NCBI GenBank assembly: GCA_021791545.1
Contig: JAJYWL010000003.1
Location: 1-51,389, forward strand
Length of the DNA stretch: 51,389 bases
From: a bacterium
GTDB lineage: Bacteria > Patescibacteriota > Microgenomatia > Levybacterales > UBA12049
Direction: 5' to 3'
This document shows, in pieces, positions 25,679-33,625 of the stretch. A model generated the notes under the pieces. The model made no database searches, had not been told where the DNA came from, and was given only the letters and a program-made list of their open reading frames with translations. The translations under genes were made by a program, and so were the position numbers. Position 1 is the first letter of the stretch. Each line of letters starts with the position of its first letter.

Positions 25679-26620
25679 TTGGAAAATCTGCTTATCTCCT
25701 GGCAAGAATTCCTAAAAGGCAAAAGAAAACGTAAAGACGTTTTGGAATTTTCTGTCAGATTCATGGACAATATTCTTAAACTCAAAAATGAATTAAAGGG
25801 CAAGCAGTATAGACATGGAACATATTATGCTTTTAAAATTAATGATCCAAAACCCCGTGATATTCATAAAGCAAAAGTTAGAGATAGAATTGTTCATCAC
25901 GCAATCTACAGATTATTATATCCCTACTTTGATAAAAAATTCGTTTATGATTCATATTCGTGCAGGGTTACTAAGGGAACTCACAGGGCAATTAATCGCT
26001 TTAGAACTTTAAGTAGAAAGGTATCTAAAAATGACACAAAAACTGTTTGGATTTTAAAATGCGACATTAGAAAATTCTTCGCCAACATAAACCATGAAGT
26101 TCTAAAAAACATTCTAAGAAAACACATTATTGACGATGAAATTATGTGGCTTTTGGAAAATGTCATTGACAGTTTTTATACTAGAGATTATTTAAACATC
26201 GGGTTGCCGTTAGGTAACGTTACAAGTCAGATATTTATTAATATCTACATGAATGAGCTTGATCAATTCGTTAAAAGAGAATTAAAAGTTAAATATTTTA
26301 TTCGCTATGCTGACGATTTCGTGATCTTAAATACTGATAAGAAATACCTAGCTAATCTTATTCCCAAAGTATCTGAATTTCTAGAAGAAGAGCTAAAACT
26401 TTCTCTTAATCCGAAAAAAGTTTCAATTACAACGCTTTCATCCGGTGTTGATTTTTTAGGCTGGGTAAATTTTCCTCATCATAGGGTTTTAAGAACTACT
26501 GCAAAGCGAAGGATGTTTAAGAAATTGAAGATAAATCAATCAAAAGAAACAATGGCTTCATATATAGGACTTTTGAAGCATGGGAATACTTATAAGCTTA
26601 TGAAATTAATTCAGGATTAG
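25679..26620 (+). CDS. DGR-type reverse transcriptase
   Basis: 313 aa. RT motif 4 LPLGNVTSQIFINIYMNELD (the DGR-typical I/LGxxxSQ) and catalytic YADD (IRYADDFVIL). It has a TTG start, and no ATG is in frame upstream (stop at 25610-25612). Confidence 0.9.
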   Translation: MENLLISWQEFLKGKRKRKDVLEFSVRFMDNILKLKNELKGKQYRHGTYYAFKINDPKPRDIHKAKVRDRIVHHAIYRLLYPYFDKKFVYDSYSCRVTKGTHRAINRFRTLSRKVSKNDTKTVWILKCDIRKFFANINHEVLKNILRKHIIDDEIMWLLENVIDSFYTRDYLNIGLPLGNVTSQIFINIYMNELDQFVKRELKVKYFIRYADDFVILNTDKKYLANLIPKVSEFLEEELKLSLNPKKVSITTLSSGVDFLGWVNFPHHRVLRTTAKRRMFKKLKINQSKETMASYIGLLKHGNTYKLMKLIQD

Positions 26621-27076
26621 TGCTTTTCTAACTTTTTCTGCATATGGTAATCTTTCTTCTGGAGTTGTTGATTTCTTGTCTAATATGTTTTTGTGCAACT
26701 CATCGTTTGAATATCTTGGGAAAACATGAAGATGATAATGAAAAGCGTGCTGATTTCCAGCTGGTTCATTATTCTGTAAAGTTGTAATTCCTTCTGCCTT
26801 GTAACCAGCTTTTATGGCAAGTGCAATTTTTTGAGCAACTTTATGTATTCTGGTTGCATATTCTAATGGAAGGTCATAAATATTTTCAAAATGTTCATTT
26901 GGAACAATTATTACATGTCCAGGATTATTTCCAATAAAAAAAGAGTTTATAAAAGCAGTAACTAATTCATCTTTGTAGACAATGTCGCTTTGTGTGATTA
27001 AAGTATCTTTACTTTCAATTCCCATAATAGCTGGACAAATTGGACATTTATAATCTTGTGATGCATGACTGTACAT
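26606..27076 (-). CDS. HIT-family (histidine triad) nucleotide hydrolase/transferase
   Basis: 156 aa with the histidine triad HAFHYHLHVFPR. It overlaps the RT 3' end by 15 nt in convergent orientation. Confidence 0.85.
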   Translation of the reverse strand: MYSHASQDYKCPICPAIMGIESKDTLITQSDIVYKDELVTAFINSFFIGNNPGHVIIVPNEHFENIYDLPLEYATRIHKVAQKIALAIKAGYKAEGITTLQNNEPAGNQHAFHYHLHVFPRYSNDELHKNILDKKSTTPEERLPYAEKVRKALILN

Positions 27077-27127
27077 AAAAAGATTCCTAAAAGATTAAGC
27101 CTCTCAGATTGCAAGGGTATATTCACT

Positions 27128-27763
27128 TTACTTGCTCTTTAAATAAAAAGTGAGATTTGCGTTATCAGGAGCTTTTCCTGAAATCGAAAATACTCCATCC
27201 GAGATTTGTTTTATTGTTACTCCGTCTGCGGAGGATTCCTGTATTTGTTTTCCCCTTAACTCATTTACTTTTCGCCAAGGTTGACCAAAAATAAAATCAT
27301 CATAGCTTCCATCGAACTTATCTACACCTAACATATTTTGAATTGAATCTCGTTCGGGAATTTGAGTATCTACGTAGAATCCAATTCTGTCAACATCACA
27401 AAGCCTTATTGATTGCGAGCTGTTTCTGAATTCTGCTACATGTAAGCTTACATCTCTTATTCTTGTATAACCCTGCGCTTGAAGCGTTGCTTCTTCTATT
27501 TCTTTTGCTTTTATTTCCCTTATTTCCCAGTGTGTTTTTGACCAGTCAGGTAAGTCTGGGGTAAGTACTCTATAAGTTTGTTTACCAGTCATTATATCCT
27601 TAGTAATTTTAGGAAAACCATGATTTCCTTTATTTGGGCTATCCCATAAGCTATATTCTATTTCTTCATCTGGGCCACTAACTTTAATATAGCCTGCGTT
27701 CTCTAATTTAGCGGAGAGTAATTCAAATCTTGAAACTGATTGTGGTTTTTCTTCTCCTCCCAT
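27128..27763 (-). CDS. hypothetical protein
   Basis: 211-aa ORF, soluble, with no recognisable motif. Confidence 0.45.
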   Translation of the reverse strand: MGGEEKPQSVSRFELLSAKLENAGYIKVSGPDEEIEYSLWDSPNKGNHGFPKITKDIMTGKQTYRVLTPDLPDWSKTHWEIREIKAKEIEEATLQAQGYTRIRDVSLHVAEFRNSSQSIRLCDVDRIGFYVDTQIPERDSIQNMLGVDKFDGSYDDFIFGQPWRKVNELRGKQIQESSADGVTIKQISDGVFSISGKAPDNANLTFYLKSK

Positions 27764-27816
27764 AAAATGATTATAACAAAACTCTATTTAGGCCTTGCTT
27801 CTCTCTTTCGCAAGGT

Positions 27817-28245
27817 TTATACAAAAGAAAAGATTAAACCAATTCCCATAATAGCTAAGCTAATAAATATTTTAGGATTAAGTTTTTCTCCCAAAATAAA
27901 ATAGGCAAAGACACTTATTAGCATTGGAGACAGTAATGCAAAAAGTGATTGTTGATCTAGCGGCATATATTTATATCCCTTAATTCCTAGCCAAAAAGCC
28001 ACACCATTAATGAGTCCAACTATAAGTAATAAAATAATCAAATTTTTCCCATTTTGTAAATTTAATGAAAGTGAATGCTCGAAAAATATACTCATGAATA
28101 ATGAGAGTAGAAATAAGGAAAGCATAGAAATTGTCATTACCGTGAATGGAGGAATTGACACATTTGCCTTTTTTAGTAAGGGACTAAGTAAAGCATAAAG
28201 GATTGTTGATAAAGAGACAATTCCAATTCCTAAGATTTTATTCAT
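27817..28245 (-). CDS. half-size EamA/DMT-superfamily membrane protein
   Basis: 142 aa with 4-5 TM helices. EamA-like N-terminus GIVSLSTILYALLSPLLK. Confidence 0.6.
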   Translation of the reverse strand: MNKILGIGIVSLSTILYALLSPLLKKANVSIPPFTVMTISMLSLFLLSLFMSIFFEHSLSLNLQNGKNLIILLLIVGLINGVAFWLGIKGYKYMPLDQQSLFALLSPMLISVFAYFILGEKLNPKIFISLAIMGIGLIFSFV

Positions 28246-28780
28246 AAGTTTCCTTTTTTTGTTTTAAAGTAATTAGCAGTGGAGAAAAGAAGAAGCATGT
28301 TTTTAATTCCTGAATACTATTTAAAATAACTTCTTTAGGTAATTTAATTCTTTCTCCTTTCCAAGGGTCTATAATATACATATATTCATCATCTTGTTCT
28401 TCGACAATTATAAAATGAGGTGCATGGGTGTATTTATTAATTTCATATTGGTCAATATATAAAATGAATGGGTTTTTCTGATTATGAATAAATCTTTCGT
28501 TGATAGCTTGATGAGCTATTTTTAATCGATGATCATTATTAAACTTACTTAGATAATTAGCGTAAGGTTTAATATCAACAAAAAGATCTATTTCTAAATC
28601 ATAGCTTTCTATAAATGAGAGAATTACATTAAATGTATAATAAGTGTCTCTGTTCTTAGTTAAGCCCTTGATTAATAAATCCAGTTCTTTTTCTTTACTT
28701 GATTTAATGCCAGAAATTCCAAATAAGCATACAGGTAGACACCCCTCGAAAGTTTCTTGCTTAATAATTTGTATTGACAT
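28238..28780 (-). CDS. putative papain-fold (C39-like) cysteine peptidase
   Basis: 180 aa. Gln7 and Cys14 (QETFEGC) have papain-like Q-x6-C spacing, followed later by HFIIVEE...IIDPW (His and Asp candidates). It overlaps the downstream DMT gene by 8 nt. Confidence 0.4.
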   Translation of the reverse strand: MSIQIIKQETFEGCLPVCLFGISGIKSSKEKELDLLIKGLTKNRDTYYTFNVILSFIESYDLEIDLFVDIKPYANYLSKFNNDHRLKIAHQAINERFIHNQKNPFILYIDQYEINKYTHAPHFIIVEEQDDEYMYIIDPWKGERIKLPKEVILNSIQELKTCFFFSPLLITLKQKKETYE

Positions 28781-28898
28781 ATTTGAGGATTATATACCCT
28801 TATAATTTATATATATTTATATATACAATTTAGCTTCAAAAATGACTAAAAAAGACTATTGACAATAAAAATAAAGGAAGTAGGAATCGGAAAATTGG

Positions 28899-29468
28899 TT
28901 ATCTGTTCCAAGGATAAATTGGTTGCCTATTTTGATTTTTATTTACTACAATTCCAACTATGCCTGTTTGTGTAAAAGTAAGCGTTCCCGCTTCAGTGAT
29001 TCTTTCTCTCCATAGCCCATCCTCAATTGTTCCTTCCAACATTTCAAATTCATACTTTTTATCTTCAAGAACTAATTCTTTTGGTCCACGAAAAGGAAGT
29101 TCCGGGGTTACTTTCTTAAGGGCTTCTTTCAAAAATCCAAATGTTTCCTTTGCTCTATCCTCATGTCCTTCAGTTTGTCCGTGTCCACCATATTGCATTG
29201 TCCAAGCTGGTTCCCCTTTATAATAAACAGTTGTCATACCAGGTGCTCTAAAATATCCAGTATAACTATCCCTTAACATCCAATCTCCTTGTGGTTCATC
29301 TGGCGAAGGAAATTGTAATTCTTTATAACCTGGGCGTTGCGCTGGAACTTCTTTACCTTCTCCTGCCCAAGTTGCAAGATTTGCCTTGACAATAAATTGA
29401 GATAAATCAGCTAACCAAGCTTGTTTTCTAACTTCCTGCTCGGTAGTTGGCTTTGTTTCTATACTCAT
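28899..29468 (-). CDS. conserved hypothetical protein (DUF5680-like, from memory of the family pattern)
   Basis: 189 aa. The segments FIVKANLATWAGEG...GYKELQF...DSYTGYFRAPGMTTVYYKGEPAWTMQYGG resemble DUF5680. Confidence 0.45.
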   Translation of the reverse strand: MSIETKPTTEQEVRKQAWLADLSQFIVKANLATWAGEGKEVPAQRPGYKELQFPSPDEPQGDWMLRDSYTGYFRAPGMTTVYYKGEPAWTMQYGGHGQTEGHEDRAKETFGFLKEALKKVTPELPFRGPKELVLEDKKYEFEMLEGTIEDGLWRERITEAGTLTFTQTGIVGIVVNKNQNRQPIYPWNR

Positions 29469-29497
29469 GCAGTGAAATTATATCATTCGAATTATTT

Positions 29498-30277
29498 TTA
29501 TTCCACTTTATCCCAAATATTCTCTATACTTGTATTTTGTAATTTACCCTTTGTTATCAAGCGAAAAACAATCTCTTCATCTTCTGCTTGTTCTCTGATC
29601 TGTTTCTTAAGATATCTTTCTGATTTCTCATCCGGTGCAACAAGAATAACTTCGGGGAATTTAGTATTGGTGTTATCTTGCCACTCATCACCTTGGAAAT
29701 ATTCAATGTATTGACTAACTCTTTCTATTATCCAAAACCTCGGTGATTGAGGATCAAAAATTTCTAAGAAATACCTTTTTGTTCTTTTGCTCGTACCTTT
29801 AATAGAAAAGTAAGCATGAGGCAGGTTATCTGGTAAATGGTCAATATTTTCAAGATCCATTTGGGTATAAAAATCTAAGTTGGTTTTATCTTTTTTGGAT
29901 TGTTTTTGTAAAGATAGGTAAATATCTGCAATCAGAAGGCATCTATCTCGAAAAGTTTGGGATCTGGTTTTTTCTTTATATATTCTTTTAATTATTCTTT
30001 CTTCAACTTCTTTTTCTCTAAGATATGGAATAGATCCTTTATCTAGACAGTAGATTGATGGAATCCCTGCAAATTCTTTTGAATAAATCCTAAAGATATA
30101 CCCTCTTTTAGTTAGGTTATTTAACCATCTGATTACTTTCTCTTTATATTTATGATTTAATATTGTTTGAACTTGTGGTCTATTTAAGAATCTGAAACGA
30201 AGTAGATTATCGATAATTTCTTTTTCCCTGTTTTTAAGTTTGTAAGCTATTTCTTCCATAATATTTTCTCTCTCCAT
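29498..30277 (-). CDS. replication-relaxation (Replic_Relax) family protein
   Basis: 259 aa. The N-terminal winged-helix-like pattern IIDNLLRFRFLNRPQVQTIL...VIRWLNNLTKRGYIFRI...PSIYCLDKGS is typical of PF13814-type proteins found next to T4CP genes. Confidence 0.6.
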   Translation of the reverse strand: MERENIMEEIAYKLKNREKEIIDNLLRFRFLNRPQVQTILNHKYKEKVIRWLNNLTKRGYIFRIYSKEFAGIPSIYCLDKGSIPYLREKEVEERIIKRIYKEKTRSQTFRDRCLLIADIYLSLQKQSKKDKTNLDFYTQMDLENIDHLPDNLPHAYFSIKGTSKRTKRYFLEIFDPQSPRFWIIERVSQYIEYFQGDEWQDNTNTKFPEVILVAPDEKSERYLKKQIREQAEDEEIVFRLITKGKLQNTSIENIWDKVE

Positions 30278-30333
30278 ATATTTATATATGGGAAAGAAGA
30301 GAAAGATTTAAAACATTTTAGCCTTAAACAAGA

Positions 30334-30360
30334 CAAAAATTGGTAGACATAGGTGTCTAC
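30334..30360 (-). terminator. hairpin with T-run overlapping the stop codon of the T4CP-like gene
   Basis: The minus strand reads GTAGACA-ccta-TGTCTAC-ca-ATTTTTG. Confidence 0.45.
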
Positions 30361-33158
30361 TGTTTTTGGTTCTTGGCTAGTTTTTTAATTGACGCATTTT
30401 TGTTATCAGTTTTAGCTACTTTTGTTTGCATTTTGAGTCCGGTGTACAAAATGGCGTAATTTTTCCTCGATGCTTCAATTAGGCTTTCTATTAATTGTTT
30501 GTCTTTATTAAGTTGTATTGGTATTGTTTCCCCGGAGAATGGTTCTTCAGGGTTTGTTGCTGACATTTTAATGTAGAATTTAAATCTTGGAAGATTAGCA
30601 AGATCCTCTTTGGTAATATTTGGCATAAATTGTGGTGCCATCATTTGTTCATCAATTGGAGAAGAAGTTGCAAAACAAATTACAGTACCTGTATTAGCTA
30701 AGATGACATTAACTACACTTCTATCTTGTTGTTGGGAGGTAGATTGTTCAGCAAGCGTAAGTCTTAGGCCAAACTTTCTACCACCTGATAATATTCTTGT
30801 AAATGAAGTGGTGGCAAAGTTTTGGAACTCATCAACGTAAAGATAGAAAGGCTTTCTGTTTGTTACTTCTTCTCTTGCTCGTCTTAAAGCTGCCTGGTGA
30901 ATTTTAGCAAGAACCATTAGGCCTAAGACTTGAGCTGTATCTTCTCCTATCTTTCCTTCAGATAGGTTACATATTAATATTTTTCCCTCATCTAGTATCT
31001 TATTAAAATCTATAGTTGATTTCTCCTGTTCAATTATTCTTCTAGCAGTTGGAGAGAAAAGAAACCTTCCTACTTTTGCGGTAACTCCAGCTGCCATTTT
31101 AACAGCCTGATATGCTCCGGCTTTTCCAAACTCATCTTTCCAGAAGTTTTTAAGCGTTTCATCACTAAGTGTATTTACCACCTTATTCCTAAAGCTTTTA
31201 TCATTTAAAAGGCTATATAGTGTAAATAGCGTCCGATTGGGAACAGCAAATGAGGTATAGATTGTGTTTCTTAAGATATATTCAATTCTATGAGCATTAA
31301 CGTATTCTTCTTTTGAAAATATTCTTCTAAATACAGAGATTACGCTTTCCGCAACCAGTTCTTTTTCTAGTTCCAAATCGTCTCCACTTATATTATCCGG
31401 AAGCTCTAAAAGATTAATGCCAATCGGATATTTAAGATCAAAAGGGTTAAAGTAAATTAAGTCGTTAATCCTATTCTTTGGAACTATTGATAACAAATCT
31501 TCTGCCAGATCACCGTGTGGATCAATAACAGCAACACCTCTTTGCTTTTGAATATCTTCTTTTGCCATCTGAAAGATTACTGTTGATTTACCGCTACCTG
31601 TTTTTCCTAAAAGATAGACATGTTTTGCTCTTTCCTCATCGGTTAGACCGATGTCAGTTACCAAATTTCCATAACTGTTTTTAGCAAAGACAACATCAAG
31701 TTTTTTGCTTGTTTTTAACGTTAATGGCGCAGGAAAGTCAGGGCTTAAAGACTTAACCATATCCTCGGTTTTAGTCGTATTGGTATATGGAAAATGGAAA
31801 AGATCTGATATTTCAGAAGATGAGAGAATTAAGTTTTTACCTAACATTGGGTTAGATAAAACTCTTTGTTTAAATTGAGTCTCTCTACTTTTAAATGAAG
31901 AGCCAATAAATGAGCTTTTTGTGGTTAATGATTGATAACTACTACTCATTAAACCAAATGAAGCTAAAAGACCTGAGACTCTTGTTTCAAATTCTTCTTT
32001 ATCTTTTCCCAAGACTAAGATTCGTATTGTTGATTCAAACAACTGTTGATCAATCTTTTCTTTAACAACTGTTTTTAATTCCTGTTCGTAAGGGTTAAGT
32101 AGTTCTTGAGGAATAACAGGATCTTTTCGGGTAGCAAACGGAGTATTATCTAAATTGTTATCCATAATTGCTGAAGGCATACTGATTACAAACATAAAAG
32201 CTAATTTAAACAAAAGAAATATTCCTTTTACTCCAAGCCATAAAAGAGAAATTACAGGAAGTGATACTAGTTCTTGAAAAGGGTTTTTCTGTAAACTTTC
32301 AGTTAAAGGTAATCCTTTATACATTCTGTATCTAAGCTTTCTCGTTTCGTTGACTATTTTTCCATGAGTTGGGGATAATACCGGTGTTACAACCATTTGA
32401 AATGCAATTAACTCTTTAGGATCAAGATTTGTCATATTACCTGTTAAATATGAGATTGGGTCGTGTTCTGAAAGAGTTTTCTGATTATTAAGAGGAAGTG
32501 CAAAATGACTTGAAAGTTTAAGTTCCACTATTCCTAATGTCTGATCGGTACCTAAATTAAAATCTTTATTAAGATAATCATCTATTTCTTTTATCTTTAT
32601 TCCGGGAAGGTAGGATAAAAGATTTCGCTTTAAGACATCAATGTTTTTAGAACTTGCAATTAAAAGATACCTGATTCCTTCATTTTTTGTAGATACTATT
32701 TCTAAAGAATATTGCTTCTTAATTTGAGTTAATGTTTCAATTAAGGTTTTTTGACGGGCAAGCGTATGAAAAAGAGTATATAGCTGTTTTGTGGCATAGG
32801 CAGATTTACTAGTATCTGAGGGAAAAGTTAACTCCAAGAACTTCTTTTCTTCTTTAGTCTTATTAAACTTACTTAAAACAAATGGAATTAATATTCTAAT
32901 AAGTGAGATTATGGATTTAACAAAGAAATATAAAAACAAGAGAAAGATTATTGGTCCAATCAGTATGAGGATTGTTGTTTGCATCGGAGAGAGAGACGGA
33001 AGAGGTAAGCTCATAAAGAAATGGTAAATTGCAAGTTTCCAGTGAATTGGTAACGGTAAAGCAAAGAGAATGAGAAGATAGGTATGTCCTACAGACAATG
33101 TATGCGTTTGTAACTGATGAATTAGTTGTAACTCCTGTTGGTAGTCACTATTATTCAT
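30357..33158 (-). CDS. type IV secretion coupling-protein-like (TraD/VirD4/TraG family) membrane ATPase
   Basis: 933 aa. N-terminal TM helices, Walker A LLGKTGSGKST, Walker B with the TraG-D_C-like segment FYLYVDEFQNFATTSFTRILSGGRKFGLRLTLAEQS. Confidence 0.75.
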   Translation of the reverse strand: MNNSDYQQELQLIHQLQTHTLSVGHTYLLILFALPLPIHWKLAIYHFFMSLPLPSLSPMQTTILILIGPIIFLLFLYFFVKSIISLIRILIPFVLSKFNKTKEEKKFLELTFPSDTSKSAYATKQLYTLFHTLARQKTLIETLTQIKKQYSLEIVSTKNEGIRYLLIASSKNIDVLKRNLLSYLPGIKIKEIDDYLNKDFNLGTDQTLGIVELKLSSHFALPLNNQKTLSEHDPISYLTGNMTNLDPKELIAFQMVVTPVLSPTHGKIVNETRKLRYRMYKGLPLTESLQKNPFQELVSLPVISLLWLGVKGIFLLFKLAFMFVISMPSAIMDNNLDNTPFATRKDPVIPQELLNPYEQELKTVVKEKIDQQLFESTIRILVLGKDKEEFETRVSGLLASFGLMSSSYQSLTTKSSFIGSSFKSRETQFKQRVLSNPMLGKNLILSSSEISDLFHFPYTNTTKTEDMVKSLSPDFPAPLTLKTSKKLDVVFAKNSYGNLVTDIGLTDEERAKHVYLLGKTGSGKSTVIFQMAKEDIQKQRGVAVIDPHGDLAEDLLSIVPKNRINDLIYFNPFDLKYPIGINLLELPDNISGDDLELEKELVAESVISVFRRIFSKEEYVNAHRIEYILRNTIYTSFAVPNRTLFTLYSLLNDKSFRNKVVNTLSDETLKNFWKDEFGKAGAYQAVKMAAGVTAKVGRFLFSPTARRIIEQEKSTIDFNKILDEGKILICNLSEGKIGEDTAQVLGLMVLAKIHQAALRRAREEVTNRKPFYLYVDEFQNFATTSFTRILSGGRKFGLRLTLAEQSTSQQQDRSVVNVILANTGTVICFATSSPIDEQMMAPQFMPNITKEDLANLPRFKFYIKMSATNPEEPFSGETIPIQLNKDKQLIESLIEASRKNYAILYTGLKMQTKVAKTDNKNASIKKLAKNQKQ

Positions 33159-33242
33159 AGCCCTTTTAGAGGGCAGGATCTTCTAAGTGGCCTAGAGTCT
33201 ATCATTGAAGCTAAAAGAAGTCAACTGGAATCATTTTAGTAC

Positions 33243-33270
33243 TTGACAGCAGCCTCAAGATGGCTATATA
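33243..33270 (+). promoter_or_regulatory. candidate promoter for the small ORF and recombinase operon
   Basis: TTGACA (33243-33248), 16 nt, TATATA (33265-33270). It is followed by ACTGTC-N8-GACAGT and a third ACAGTC copy. Confidence 0.5.
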
Positions 33271-33306
33271 CTGTCTATATATGGACAGTTAATAATACAG
33301 TCTAGA

Positions 33307-33621
33307 ATGAAAAACTTAACTACTACTAATTTAGCTACGATTACAAATACTACTCCACAAGAAAATAATCCTCGTTTTGATGTCAGCCGTTTTCCACAGT
33401 CAGATAACATTATTAATGCGCTTAATGAAATGTTTCCGGAGCAATCATTTGAGGATAAAACGCTGCAGAAGGTTAAGGAAATATTAGGCACGAATTATTC
33501 TACGGAAGAAGTAAAATCCCTTATTGCCTCATTTGAATATCTTATTGAGAATTGGTTAGAAGAGTACGAAAGAAAAATCTTTAATAATAAAACTGTGAAA
33601 GAACTACTACATTCATTTTAA
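33307..33621 (+). CDS. hypothetical protein co-transcribed with the serine recombinase
   Basis: 104-aa ORF that ends 4 nt before the recombinase start. No motif was recognised. Confidence 0.45.
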   Translation: MKNLTTTNLATITNTTPQENNPRFDVSRFPQSDNIINALNEMFPEQSFEDKTLQKVKEILGTNYSTEEVKSLIASFEYLIENWLEEYERKIFNNKTVKELLHSF

Positions 33622-33625
33622 AAAT

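Larger units (their letters stand above)
22918..26620 (+). mobile_element. diversity-generating retroelement cassette: target gene (VR), TR, avd (opposite strand) and reverse transcriptase
   Basis: VR/TR repeat pair with adenine-specific mismatches, an Avd-like four-helix-bundle ORF and a DGR-type RT. See the individual features. Confidence 0.9.
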
